A DNA stretch of 55,112 nt from an uncultured Candidatus Saccharibacteria bacterium. GTDB taxonomy: Bacteria > Patescibacteriota > Saccharimonadia > Saccharimonadales > Saccharimonadaceae. The notes beneath the pieces are model-generated. The model saw only the letters and a list, made by a program, of their open reading frames with translations. It was not told the DNA's origin and did not search any database. This document shows positions 17,925 through 27,324 of this stretch, piece after piece (positions within the stretch are counted from its first letter, which is position 1; each line of letters begins with the position of its first letter). Made by a program: the position numbers and the translations under genes. The stretch is from positions 1 through 55,112 of the forward strand of contig CAZEGC010000001.1 of the NCBI GenBank assembly GCA_964511635.1. Direction: 5' to 3'.

Positions 17925-18920
17925 TTATACACTAGGTATATGGGGCGGATTGCTGTCTAGGCTTCGCTGCAACTCCCTGGTTTCGCCCGATAACCTTTCA
18001 AGTTCAACTACTAGTTCGTTGTGCTGAGTGACCAGTGCATTGACCCTCGACTGCATGGCAGCGAGGTGATTAGAGCGATTCACTAGCTGACTTCTTTCGA
18101 TACTAAACTGCGCTGGACTATCAAAATCTCCGCGGGCAGCTCGGGTATTAAAATCAACAATTGCCGCATTTAACTGCTGAAGCTCCTGACGGTACTCTAC
18201 CCTAGCAGCATCAATTTGAGCCGATAGCGATTCAATTTCTTGCTGCACGCCATGCAGCCTCTCGTTAAGTTCTATAAAAAGTTGGTTGTAGTTTTCAAAA
18301 AGATCAACAACTTCGGACCTCGACAAAAAATACTTGGCGTAATGCGCCTCTAGTTCATCGGATAAGTCACGATACTCGGTGCCGATAATAGAATGAAGTT
18401 CGTTAACTCTTTCGCCTGGCTGCGCTCTTTCATAGTAAGACATACGATCATCTAGTCGCTGATCGTTCATCGCTTTATATTCAGCCTCTAGAAGTGCGCC
18501 AACTCTATCCCTTTCAGATTGACTCATGCGCATATAGACTGCGTGAAGCATCTCATGTGCAGCGGTAACTTGCTTGACGCCGTCCAAGCGTTCATCGCTT
18601 ACGTCATAAATATAAATTCTCCCCGCCGAATAGCACCCTAGCACAGCGCTGCCAGGTTCGTGTCTATGGCAGCGATTATTAAACTTATCACTAGGCAGCA
18701 ACTGGGGGTGGCTAGCGTAGAAATAAAACTTACCCAGTTCAGTCATGGTGGTTTCTTCGGCGATACTAGCAGTCTCTAAAGACGGCTCATATTGCCAGAC
18801 GCTCAGCAAATCCAGGGTGTACTGCCGGTTAAAAAGCACCCACGCGGTGCTAGCAAGTAGCAGCAACCCTATGGCTACGCTGGCTACCCGCCAAGCAGTG
18901 CTAGCCTTCACGCTCGACAT
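17925..18920 (-). CDS. Membrane-anchored hypothetical protein with an HExxH motif and a long C-terminal coiled coil
   Basis: 331 aa. It has an N-terminal TM helix (VASVAIGLLLLASTAWVLF), AAHEMLHAVY (zincin-like HExxH) and a heptad-rich tail. It overlaps the clpC stop by 20 nt and sits 6 nt from radA. Confidence 0.5.
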   Translation of the reverse strand: MSSVKASTAWRVASVAIGLLLLASTAWVLFNRQYTLDLLSVWQYEPSLETASIAEETTMTELGKFYFYASHPQLLPSDKFNNRCHRHEPGSAVLGCYSAGRIYIYDVSDERLDGVKQVTAAHEMLHAVYMRMSQSERDRVGALLEAEYKAMNDQRLDDRMSYYERAQPGERVNELHSIIGTEYRDLSDELEAHYAKYFLSRSEVVDLFENYNQLFIELNERLHGVQQEIESLSAQIDAARVEYRQELQQLNAAIVDFNTRAARGDFDSPAQFSIERSQLVNRSNHLAAMQSRVNALVTQHNELVVELERLSGETRELQRSLDSNPPHIPSV

Positions 18921-21378
18921 TTATTACAATTTCACCCTTCCTTGATCCAACGCTAAGCACACTGCCACCTTCATATTCTTCCGATAAAATGCCATCAGCT
19001 ATTTTGTGCTCTAATTCGTCCTGAATAACCCGACGTAAGGGCCTGACACCATAGGTTTCACTAAACCCTTTATCAATAAGTAGCTTCTTGGCTGACGGTT
19101 TCACCGTCACGTGCAGCCCCTTCCTGAGCAAGCGCTGCTGCAGTTCATCTATCAATTTATCGAAAATTTTTCCGACCTGGCGACGGGTTAGAGCCCTAAA
19201 GGTTATTATGCTATCGATCCGGTTAATGAGCTCGGGTCGCATAATTTTTTCCAAAGCTTCACGCGCAGCCTCGGCATTCTCAGCATGAGCCTCGTCAAGT
19301 TGTTTTTCGTCCGATTTACTTTTTGCATTAAAACCAAGTGACGATTCTTTCATCATTTTATCGGCACCTAGGTTGCTGGTCATGATTATAATAGTATTTG
19401 AAAAGTTAACACTCTTGCCCTTAGCATCGGTTAGGCGGCCGTCTTCGAGCAGTTGAAGTAGCAACTGGTAAACTTCTTTGTGGGCTTTTTCAATTTCATC
19501 GAGCAATACAACGCTGTATGGCTGACGACGTATTTTTTCAGTGAATGTACCGCCATCATCATATCCTACATAGCCAGCTGGCGCACCAAGCAGACGACTA
19601 GTGTGGTGCCTCTCGCTAAACTCACTCATGTCAATTTTTATCAAAGCGTCTTCGCTGCCAAAAACTTCACGCGCTAACACGCGAGCTAGCTCGGTTTTCC
19701 CGACACCAGTAGGCCCCATGAACACAAATGAACCAATCGGCCTCTTTGAACTAGCCACGCCGCTTCGGCTGCGGCGAACAGCACGAGACACTTTTTCAAT
19801 CGCTTCGTCCTGGCCAACGATATACTTACCTAAGTGTTTCTCTAGTCTTCGAAGCATCTTGGCTTCGCTTTTTTGAATACGCTTGACCGGTACGCCTGTC
19901 ATGGTGGAAACCGCCTGGGCTACGTCATCACTTTTGAGATTTACTGGTGTCTTCTTTTCATACTCTTCGCGTGTTTCATCTAATTTCAGGGTAATTTGAC
20001 TAATACGCGTTTTGTAAAGAGCAGCTCTTTCATAATCTTCAGCGTTAACTGCTTCTTCCATCTTCTCATTTAAATTTTTGAGCTGCCTGGTGTAGTCACG
20101 TAGCTTACTAGGGCGTCTGCCCATGCGCACTCGCACCAGTGCAGCCGCCTCGTCAATCACATCGATTGCCTTGTCTGGCATAAAACGCTCATGAACATAA
20201 CGTTCAGCCATATAAACGGCGTCGTCAAGTACTTCGTCGCTAAACTTCACGCCGTGGTGCTTTTCATAATGGGTGCGGAGCCCTTTTAGGATTGCCAGCG
20301 TATCTTTGGCGCTAGGCTCTGGCACTACTATAGTCTGAAAACGCCTCTCGAGTGCACTATCCTTTTCGATATGTTTGCGATATTCGTCTAGCGTGGTGGC
20401 ACCTATTAGGTGAAGCTCACCTCGAGCCAGAGCGGGCTTTAGCATATTAGCAGCATCAAGCGCGCCTTCGGCAGCACCAGCGCCAACGAGTAGGTGCAGC
20501 TCATCAATGAATAGTATAACGTTCTTCTGTTCACTCAGCTCACTAATAATTTTCTTAAGACGTTCTTCAAACTCGCCGCGATATTTTGTACCTGCGATCA
20601 TGGCAGCTAGATCAAGCTGAATCAAACGCTTGTCCAGTAGGTGGTCTGGCACGTCTTCTCGCACAATGCGCTGCGCAACCCCTTCGGCGATAGCAGTCTT
20701 TCCAACCCCAGGCTCTCCGATTAGGACCGGATTATTTTTAGTACGCCTAGAAAGTATGGTTATCATCCTATCCTCCTGGGCATTGCGGCCAATCACCGGA
20801 TCAAGTTGGCCGTTTTTAGCACGAGCGGTTAAATCAGTCCCAAATATATCAAGTGCCCCGCCCCGTTTTTTGGGTCGTTGCTGGCGAGTAGCCTGTTCGC
20901 TACCAAGATCCTGACCAGAGTGATTCTGTCGCTCTAAGAAATCTTCTAGCTCACTCATGAGTCCAGGTAAGTCAATGTTCATATCACGAAGTAGCACCGT
21001 CGCTCTTGCGTTCCGTTGCTTCAAAATACTATAGAGTATGTGTTCCGTACCCAAATGGTCTTGGTGGAACTCCTGGGCAATTTCCCAACTCATTTTCAGT
21101 GTCAATTTAGCTGTTTCGCTAAGACCTTTTGCCCCAGTACTAACAATTAACGTTCTAGGGGTTAAATTAAGTGCCAACTCAGCACGATCAAGCGTCACCC
21201 CAGCGTCAGCTAGAATCTTAGCTCCGACTGATGAGCCCTGGGCTAGTACACCCAGAAGGATGTGCTCAGTGCCAATATAGGCACTACTATACCCTCGCGC
21301 AATAGCATCTGCGTGATGTAAGCTTATGCGCGCATTGTCAGTTAAGTGTGAAATAAATTCTGCGAAATCATCTGACAT
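18901..21378 (-). CDS. clpC: ATP-dependent Clp protease ATP-binding subunit ClpC (class I AAA+)
   Basis: 825 aa. It has duplicated Clp_N repeats, two Walker A motifs (GEPGVGKT and GPTGVGKT), a UVR-like middle region and two AAA+ modules. Confidence 0.9.
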   Translation of the reverse strand: MSDDFAEFISHLTDNARISLHHADAIARGYSSAYIGTEHILLGVLAQGSSVGAKILADAGVTLDRAELALNLTPRTLIVSTGAKGLSETAKLTLKMSWEIAQEFHQDHLGTEHILYSILKQRNARATVLLRDMNIDLPGLMSELEDFLERQNHSGQDLGSEQATRQQRPKKRGGALDIFGTDLTARAKNGQLDPVIGRNAQEDRMITILSRRTKNNPVLIGEPGVGKTAIAEGVAQRIVREDVPDHLLDKRLIQLDLAAMIAGTKYRGEFEERLKKIISELSEQKNVILFIDELHLLVGAGAAEGALDAANMLKPALARGELHLIGATTLDEYRKHIEKDSALERRFQTIVVPEPSAKDTLAILKGLRTHYEKHHGVKFSDEVLDDAVYMAERYVHERFMPDKAIDVIDEAAALVRVRMGRRPSKLRDYTRQLKNLNEKMEEAVNAEDYERAALYKTRISQITLKLDETREEYEKKTPVNLKSDDVAQAVSTMTGVPVKRIQKSEAKMLRRLEKHLGKYIVGQDEAIEKVSRAVRRSRSGVASSKRPIGSFVFMGPTGVGKTELARVLAREVFGSEDALIKIDMSEFSERHHTSRLLGAPAGYVGYDDGGTFTEKIRRQPYSVVLLDEIEKAHKEVYQLLLQLLEDGRLTDAKGKSVNFSNTIIIMTSNLGADKMMKESSLGFNAKSKSDEKQLDEAHAENAEAAREALEKIMRPELINRIDSIITFRALTRRQVGKIFDKLIDELQQRLLRKGLHVTVKPSAKKLLIDKGFSETYGVRPLRRVIQDELEHKIADGILSEEYEGGSVLSVGSRKGEIVINVEREG

Positions 21379-21446
21379 ATTACTATTATTAAACCTCCTT
21401 TGAAGTAGCGCAAGTATTTTTTACTTATGCTACTAAGCATATATAG

Positions 21447-21475
21447 ATTATAGGTAAAATTAGCACTCTGGTCAA
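21447..21475 (-). promoter_or_regulatory. Consensus sigma70 promoter of clpC: TTGACC-17 nt-TATAAT
   Basis: The minus strand reads TTGACC AGAGTGCTAATTTTACC TATAAT. The -35 box lies in the CIRCE spacer. A roughly 68-nt leader with an AAAGGAGGT SD follows. Confidence 0.7.
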
Positions 21476-21486
21476 TAGAGTGCTAA
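21460..21486 (-). promoter_or_regulatory. CIRCE operator (HrcA binding site), a perfect match to TTAGCACTC-N9-GAGTGCTAA
   Basis: TTAGCACTC at 21460-21468, 9-nt spacer TGGTCAATA, GAGTGCTAA at 21478-21486. It overlaps the -35 box and spacer of the clpC promoter. On the minus strand it is followed by TTTT and lies 10 nt after the nusA stop. Confidence 0.85.
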
Positions 21487-21495
21487 GTAATATGT

Positions 21496-22623
21496 CTACT
21501 CTTCGCTAGATTCCTCTAGGGCGCTTAGCAAGCTATCTTCTATATTCTTCCTCGGTTTTGGTGCCTCGGCACGCGGCTCTGGCTTGGTGGCAATGATATC
21601 AAGCTCGTAACCTGTCAATCGACTCGCTAAACGAACGTTCTGACCTCCGCGGCCAATTGCAATTGACTGCTGGTCCTCAGCTACATGAACTTTGGCTCGC
21701 TTGTCGCTTTCATCAATTTCAACTTTGTCTACTTCGGCCGGACTGAGGGCTGCTACTATAAATGAGCTAACATCTTCATCGTAGGTGACTATGTCAATTT
21801 TTTCTTGATCACCGATTTCGCTCATTACTGTTTGAACCCTGGTGCCGTGACCACCGACAAAAGTACCGACAGGGTCGACGCCAGGAACGGTGCTGCGAAC
21901 AGCCAGTTTAGTCCTTCGGCCAGCTTCCCGGGCAATAGCTTTTATCTCAACGGCCCCTGTTTCCATCTCGGGTACTTCTTGTTCAAATAGTGCCCTGACA
22001 AAATCTTCACTACCGCGACTTAAAATCAATTGAGGCCCGCGATTTTCGCGTTCAATATCCTTTATTAGCACCCTAGTCCGTGATCCGACGCTATAATACT
22101 CATTTGGAATCTGCTCGCTTTGAGGCATGATTCCAGTTGCCTTACCTAAGTCAATCCTTACCACCCGAGGCTCAACACGCTGGACGGTGCCATTTACAAG
22201 CATGCCAATTTTATCTTCGTACTCTTCTAGTACCACTTCCCGCTCGGCTTCGCGTAGACGCTGCAACACCACCTGCTTGGCAGTCTGGGCCGCTACGCGC
22301 CCAAATGAGGTTACCTTGTGCTCTTCCTCGATTATATCGCCTATTTGTACGTCAGGCTTAACCTTTTTAGCATCCTCTAGGCTAACTTCAACCGATTCGC
22401 TACCTACCTCCCTGACTACTTCACGGGCTACATAAACATCGACTTCACCCGATACGCTATTTAGCTTAGCTCGCACCTCCTGGTCGCGCTGCCCATGGTC
22501 CCGCCTCCAGGCAGCAGCTAGCGCCTGCTCTATAACACTTAAAACCGTTTCTTCGGGTAAGTTCTTTTCTTCAGCAATTGTTCTGACAGTTAGAGTCAGT
22601 TGTTTTACGTTAATATCTTCCAC
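21496..22623 (-). CDS. nusA: Transcription termination/antitermination factor NusA
   Basis: It has an N-terminal RNAP-binding domain (EEKNLPEETVLSVIEQALAAAWRR), an S1 domain and two KH domains (GRGGQNVRLASRLTG). I prefer the GTG start at 22623, which has AAGGGAG 10 nt upstream, over the tracked upstream GTG at 22677. Confidence 0.85.
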   Translation of the reverse strand: MEDINVKQLTLTVRTIAEEKNLPEETVLSVIEQALAAAWRRDHGQRDQEVRAKLNSVSGEVDVYVAREVVREVGSESVEVSLEDAKKVKPDVQIGDIIEEEHKVTSFGRVAAQTAKQVVLQRLREAEREVVLEEYEDKIGMLVNGTVQRVEPRVVRIDLGKATGIMPQSEQIPNEYYSVGSRTRVLIKDIERENRGPQLILSRGSEDFVRALFEQEVPEMETGAVEIKAIAREAGRRTKLAVRSTVPGVDPVGTFVGGHGTRVQTVMSEIGDQEKIDIVTYDEDVSSFIVAALSPAEVDKVEIDESDKRAKVHVAEDQQSIAIGRGGQNVRLASRLTGYELDIIATKPEPRAEAPKPRKNIEDSLLSALEESSEE

Positions 22624-22728
22624 TTGCAGTGATCTCCCTTGCTTCTTTATGAAAAAAGTCGACCTTCCGGCCGACACATCTACTAATACTAATAATACAC
22701 CAAACTGACACCTGTATGCAACAATAAT

Positions 22729-23448
22729 TTATTTACTGCTAGGCAGCCTCTGATCGGGGCAATTAGATAAAACTGTTTTCATTGCTTTCTTTTCAGCTTT
22801 TGTAACCCATAGATCATATTTGCTTTTAACCGCTATTTGTCTAGCAACATACGGACAACGATATTCTTTCCGGGGTGGAAGCCACGTAGCCGCATCTGAA
22901 TCACCCTTTTCTTGGTTTAGCGCGCCGCTAACCGCTAGCAAGTTCAGCGGATCATTATAAAACGCATTACGCTCGTCATAGCTAAGTTGCTGGGCCCCTT
23001 TTTGCCAGGCGTCGCTAACTGCAACCACGTGATCAATTTGAATCTCACTACTAGAATTTCGCCCGCGTCGAAACTCTAGACTCTCGCCCGAGTAGGGATC
23101 CTGCAATGTGCCAGATTCGACTTGACATTCATCGCCCACTACTGGACTGTGCAAGTCACGAAATAATATTACATTTCTAATGTTGCAACCCTGCAGCTGA
23201 CCCCAGCCTGGACTAAACATGCTTCTTGCATAGCCTGTTTTTGGTGCTCGACCTTTTGTACTTAATTGGTCCAAGGTAGCGCTTGCGTGCTTACCGTCTG
23301 CTAGAGTATCCAGACGGCTAGCACTAGAGGATTTGATTTCAGCTTGTTCACTTTGGTGCTCAATTGAACCTTGCACGCCAAAAATAGAAGTGATAATAAA
23401 AACTATTATCAAAACAGCTAGTCTTCGCCTGGACCCTGACTGATTCAT
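22729..23448 (-). CDS. Membrane-anchored/secreted DUF1524-type (His-Me finger, GmrSD C-terminal-like) nuclease
   Basis: 239 aa. It has an N-terminal TM/signal anchor, then GYARSMFSPGW...IDHVVAVSDAWQKGA...NLLAVSGALNQEKGDSDAATWLPP, the pattern I associate with extracellular DUF1524 nucleases. Confidence 0.6.
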   Translation of the reverse strand: MNQSGSRRRLAVLIIVFIITSIFGVQGSIEHQSEQAEIKSSSASRLDTLADGKHASATLDQLSTKGRAPKTGYARSMFSPGWGQLQGCNIRNVILFRDLHSPVVGDECQVESGTLQDPYSGESLEFRRGRNSSSEIQIDHVVAVSDAWQKGAQQLSYDERNAFYNDPLNLLAVSGALNQEKGDSDAATWLPPRKEYRCPYVARQIAVKSKYDLWVTKAEKKAMKTVLSNCPDQRLPSSK

Positions 23449-23465
23449 GCAAGTAATATATCCTT

Positions 23466-23474
23466 TGCTACAAT
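23466..23474 (+). promoter_or_regulatory. Extended -10 element TGCTACAAT, 6 nt upstream of the pepN ATG
   Basis: TGC TACAAT GGGTGT ATG (ATG at 23481), with no SD. Confidence 0.45.
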
Positions 23475-23480
23475 GGGTGT

Positions 23481-26009
23481 ATGAATACTGTATCTAGACT
23501 AATTAACAAATTCAACCCAACCCACTATGAACTCTCGCTTGATTTGGAGCGCGAAAAGCGTCAATTTTCAGGCGTGGTATCAATATACGGGGAACGTCCT
23601 AGCGGTGATGACTCGATCATTCTGCACTCAAAAGATCTAGCCATTGAATCGATCACGGTAGACGGTAAATTGGCAAACTTCCAAGCTGGTGAAAACGATG
23701 AACTGAGTATTAAGCCTAAGGAGCTAAACTCGACAAAGCATGCGATTGTGATTGCTTTTTCGGGCTCAATCACTGATTCAATGCACGGTCTGTATCCATG
23801 CTACTACGACCATAACGGCGAGAAAAAAGAACTACTGGCAACTCAGTTTGAAAGTCATCATGCACGCGAAGTCTTCCCCTGCGTTGACGAGCCAGAAGCA
23901 AAAGCAACCTTTGACGTAACCCTTTCAACTGAGGAAGACGTGACAGTACTTGGTAACATGCCGATTCAAACTCAGCACACCGAAAATAGCAAATTAGTTA
24001 CACGATTTGAAACCACGCCACGAATGAGCACCTACCTGCTCGCTTTCGTGGTGGGTCAGATGCATAAAAAATCTGCCACCACCAGTAACGGGGTCGAGGT
24101 AAATATCTGGGCCACACCGGCACAGACGCTTGAAAGTCTAGACTTTGCGCTTGATATCGCAACTAGGACGATCGAATTTTTTGATGAGTATTTTGGCGTG
24201 CCGTACCCGCTTCCAAAGAGTGACCATGTAGCGCTGCCGGACTTTTCAAGCGGTGCAATGGAAAACTGGGGTCTGATTACTTACCGCGAGATAGCACTGC
24301 TGGCTGATCCTAGTAACGCCTCTGTTTCTAGCAAGCACTATATAGCTACTGTTATTGCACATGAATTGTCCCACCAATGGTTCGGTAATTTAGTTACCAT
24401 GCGGTGGTGGAATAACTTGTGGCTTAATGAAAGCTTTGCTACTTTAATGGAGTATATAGCTGTGGACGCACTAGAGCCTAGTTGGAATATCTGGCTAGAT
24501 TTTGCTAGCCATGAAAGCATATTGGCTCTTCGCCGTGACAGTATCGAAGGTGTTCAGCCAGTTCAAGTTGACGTTAATCATCCCGATGAAATATCAACCT
24601 TGTTTGACGGGGCAATTGTATACGCCAAGGGCGCCAGGCTCCTGCGCATGCTTCAACACCATATCGGACATGAGGCATTTAAAACAGGGCTTCAGAAATA
24701 CTTTTCAACCCATGCCTATGGGAATACCGAAGAAAATGACCTATGGGACGCCCTAAGCGAAGCTAGTGGCAAAGACATCGCCAAGCTAATGAATCCTTGG
24801 ATTTCCAGGTCTGGCTATCCAGTAGTTAGCGTTCACTCCGAAAGTGACTCTCAAGCGACACTACGTCAAGAACAGTTCCTAATAAACCCTGACGCTAAGT
24901 CTGATAGGGTCTGGCCGATTCCACTTAACACAAGCCAGTCAGGTACTGATAGCGTCATGAATGACCAAAAGCTAACTATAAAAGTAAATCCTAAAAAAAG
25001 CCTAAGGCTAAATGTCGGCGATAGCGCCCACTTTATTACTCACTACGATGACGCCAGCCTAAGCAAAATAATTGCTACGGATACTAGTGAAGGTTTGCGT
25101 CCGCTCGATCGGCTCCAGCTTCTGCACGAACAAACTTTGCTCGCCCGCGGGGAAAGACTAGAAAGCTACAAGCTCCTAGGATTGCTAAATACATATAGGC
25201 ACGAAACCAGTGAGGCGGTCTGGGGGATCATCAGTATGGCAACTGGTGAATTAAAGAAATTCGTAGAGCTCGACAGCCAAGCTGAACTAAAACTGAGACA
25301 ATTTACGGCTGACCTGGCCCGCAAGCAATACGATCGACTTGGCTGGAAAATGACCGAGAGCGAAAGCGAAGAAGACACGAAACTAAGATCAACCATTACT
25401 AGCATGATGATCTATGGCCAAGACCCGGACGCTATTGCCGCAGCGCTTGATATTTATAAAAATGTAGCCGTTGTTGATATAGATTCAAATATTCGACCAA
25501 GCATACTAGGTGCGGCTATTCGTTACGGCGACGATGACTCAATCGCAGATAAACTAATTAAGCTTTATGCAAAGACCTCTTCTGCTGAACTTCGTAGCGA
25601 TATCATATCCGGCTTAACTAATACGCACGATGAGGACGTAGCTTCGCGGCTGCTTGACTCTATGCAAGACAAGGGTATCGTAAAGCCGCAGGATGCAGCC
25701 CACTGGTTCGTATATCTAATTCGAAATAGGTATTCGCGCCAACAAGCCTGGCAGTGGCTACAGGACAACTGGGGTTGGATAGAGGCCACCTACAGCGGAG
25801 ACAAAAGCTATGATGCCTTCCCTAGGTACGCTGCTAGCGCCCTAGCAACCAGACAGCAGCTAATAGAATATAGGGAGTTCTTTACTCCTCTGCAGTCTAA
25901 TCCATCACTCACCCGAGTCATTAAGATAGGTAAAAAAGAAATTGAAGCCAGAGTGAGGCTGATCGAAGGCCAGAAGGCAGCCGTAGAAAAAGCTTTGCTA
26001 AATCTCTAA
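23481..26009 (+). CDS. pepN: Aminopeptidase N (M1 family zinc metallopeptidase)
   Basis: 842 aa with the GAMENWG exopeptidase motif, HELSHQWFGN...WLNESFA zinc site and a C-terminal ERAP1-like domain. Confidence 0.9.
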   Translation: MNTVSRLINKFNPTHYELSLDLEREKRQFSGVVSIYGERPSGDDSIILHSKDLAIESITVDGKLANFQAGENDELSIKPKELNSTKHAIVIAFSGSITDSMHGLYPCYYDHNGEKKELLATQFESHHAREVFPCVDEPEAKATFDVTLSTEEDVTVLGNMPIQTQHTENSKLVTRFETTPRMSTYLLAFVVGQMHKKSATTSNGVEVNIWATPAQTLESLDFALDIATRTIEFFDEYFGVPYPLPKSDHVALPDFSSGAMENWGLITYREIALLADPSNASVSSKHYIATVIAHELSHQWFGNLVTMRWWNNLWLNESFATLMEYIAVDALEPSWNIWLDFASHESILALRRDSIEGVQPVQVDVNHPDEISTLFDGAIVYAKGARLLRMLQHHIGHEAFKTGLQKYFSTHAYGNTEENDLWDALSEASGKDIAKLMNPWISRSGYPVVSVHSESDSQATLRQEQFLINPDAKSDRVWPIPLNTSQSGTDSVMNDQKLTIKVNPKKSLRLNVGDSAHFITHYDDASLSKIIATDTSEGLRPLDRLQLLHEQTLLARGERLESYKLLGLLNTYRHETSEAVWGIISMATGELKKFVELDSQAELKLRQFTADLARKQYDRLGWKMTESESEEDTKLRSTITSMMIYGQDPDAIAAALDIYKNVAVVDIDSNIRPSILGAAIRYGDDDSIADKLIKLYAKTSSAELRSDIISGLTNTHDEDVASRLLDSMQDKGIVKPQDAAHWFVYLIRNRYSRQQAWQWLQDNWGWIEATYSGDKSYDAFPRYAASALATRQQLIEYREFFTPLQSNPSLTRVIKIGKKEIEARVRLIEGQKAAVEKALLNL

Positions 26010-26933
26010 ATAGTGCTCAATTTGCGGCGGAATACCGCTAACGGAAGCTACGGCTAGTCTCATATTGACTCCCTTTAGATTACTTGCAGCCTGAAAGACC
26101 CTAGCCGAAAATTCCATTTGCTTTAACTTTTTGGTGGTTATAGCGTCTAAGCCATCGCCGTGGCTAGACTGTCGGCGATACTTTACTTCTGTAAAAAATA
26201 CTGTATTTCTAAAGCGCGAAATGATATCAATTTCACAGTACTTTGTACGCCAGTTTTTATGAAGAACCGTATGGCCACTTGAGGTTAAATAATCACCCAC
26301 CAACTGTTCAGCAATGGCGCCTACTGGTGACGAGACACCAGACCTATCGTCCGATTCGCCACTAGATTCTGGTGCCGCCTTATCAGCGTAGGGCCTAAGA
26401 GGCGCAAATGAAAGCCTGTGAACTGGCGTAACCCCTAAGTGGCTTATCGCCTTGCGGTGCTTTGCCGTACCGTAACCTACATGACTGCTAAATTTATAGC
26501 CGCTAAAGACGGTGTCCAGTTGCGCCATATAACTGTCCCGCGCCACCTTTGCTACTATCGATGCCGCGCTAACACTTGGTATCAGTAGGTCAGCCTTCTT
26601 CATTAAAGTAACGTTGTCACCTTTTAGCAGCGGCACCGTGCCATCAATAATAATTTCACTATATGGACATGATATTTGACGAAGTGCCTGGTGAGCTGCA
26701 GTCATCAAAGCTCTGGATAAGCCGATTTTGTCAATCTGCCTAGCACTCACCCAGCCTAGCCCCACGCCACTGGCATTATTTCTGATGATTTTATCTAACT
26801 CTAGTCTACGGACTTTAGTTAATTTTTTACTATCAGTTAACCCATCAATAGCGTGTCCACCCAGGACAACCGCCCCCACCACCAGCGGCCCAGCCCAGGC
26901 ACCTCGACCGACTTCATCAATTCCCACAATCAT
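25998..26933 (-). CDS. rnhB: Fusion protein: RNase HII (N-terminal) plus YraN/UPF0102 PD-(D/E)xK-like endonuclease (C-terminal)
   Basis: 311 aa. Residues 1-190 are RNase HII (GIDEVGRGAWAGPLVVGAV, DSKKL, SVSAASIVAKV). A Ser/Gly/Asp linker follows, and the C-terminal ~110 aa match YraN (GAIAEQLVGDYL...CEIDIISRF...TVFFTEVKYR). Its 3' end overlaps the pepN 3' end by 12 nt in convergent orientation. Confidence 0.8.
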   Translation of the reverse strand: MIVGIDEVGRGAWAGPLVVGAVVLGGHAIDGLTDSKKLTKVRRLELDKIIRNNASGVGLGWVSARQIDKIGLSRALMTAAHQALRQISCPYSEIIIDGTVPLLKGDNVTLMKKADLLIPSVSAASIVAKVARDSYMAQLDTVFSGYKFSSHVGYGTAKHRKAISHLGVTPVHRLSFAPLRPYADKAAPESSGESDDRSGVSSPVGAIAEQLVGDYLTSSGHTVLHKNWRTKYCEIDIISRFRNTVFFTEVKYRRQSSHGDGLDAITTKKLKQMEFSARVFQAASNLKGVNMRLAVASVSGIPPQIEHYLEI

Positions 26934-26953
26934 TTCCCTATTATTATAAGTTA

Positions 26954-26981
26954 TTGACTAATTAATCTTTTGTGTTATCAT
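26954..26981 (+). promoter_or_regulatory. Strong sigma70 promoter TTGACT-16 nt-TGT TATCAT driving the 97-aa orphan ORF
   Basis: TTGACT at 26954-26959, 16-nt spacer, extended -10 TGTTATCAT at 26973-26981, GGAGGT SD at 27003-27008, ATG at 27013. Confidence 0.65.
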
Positions 26982-27012
26982 AACCACAGTCGCCAAATAC
27001 CTGGAGGTATGG

Positions 27013-27306
27013 ATGAACATAGGACGAGCAACTACGATCTTCCGCTCCAGCAACGAGACAGACTGCCAGATATTCAAATGTCTGGTCGACTACATGGGAA
27101 AGGACGCCATCACCCAAGTCATCGTGAACCGCGAAAACGGTATCATGATGTTCGCTGGTGCAGACTGCATCGCCACCTCGCCAAACCTCACCTGCGGCTA
27201 TGACGGAAAAAGCCCCAGCTACACGCTGGAAGTCCTGCGGTACGCCGGCTTCGATGTTGAGCCCGCTCAAGTTTTCGAAGAGGAGCATCTGGACCGATCA
27301 AAATGA
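27013..27306 (+). CDS. Orphan 97-aa protein with four cysteines (CX4C ... CX8C); no family recognised
   Basis: It has its own promoter, SD and terminator. Amino-acid composition is balanced (MNIGRATTIFRSSNETDCQIFKCLVDYMG...TCGYDGKSPSYTLEVLRYAGFDVEPAQVFEEEHLDRSK). Third codon positions are C/G-rich, unlike the neighbours. Other open frames on both strands here (antisense 26962-27288; same-strand 26970-27203 and 27158-27394) are explained by the elevated GC. Confidence 0.6.
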   Translation: MNIGRATTIFRSSNETDCQIFKCLVDYMGKDAITQVIVNRENGIMMFAGADCIATSPNLTCGYDGKSPSYTLEVLRYAGFDVEPAQVFEEEHLDRSK

Positions 27307-27324
27307 GGCGACCGTAAGGCAAGC

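Noticed and set aside
21469-21477. CtsR operator upstream of clpC (GGTCAAT in the palindrome spacer)
   Set aside because: Only a single imperfect heptad is present, with no tandem A/GGTCAAA-N3-A/GGTCAAA repeat. The surrounding sequence is a perfect CIRCE element instead.
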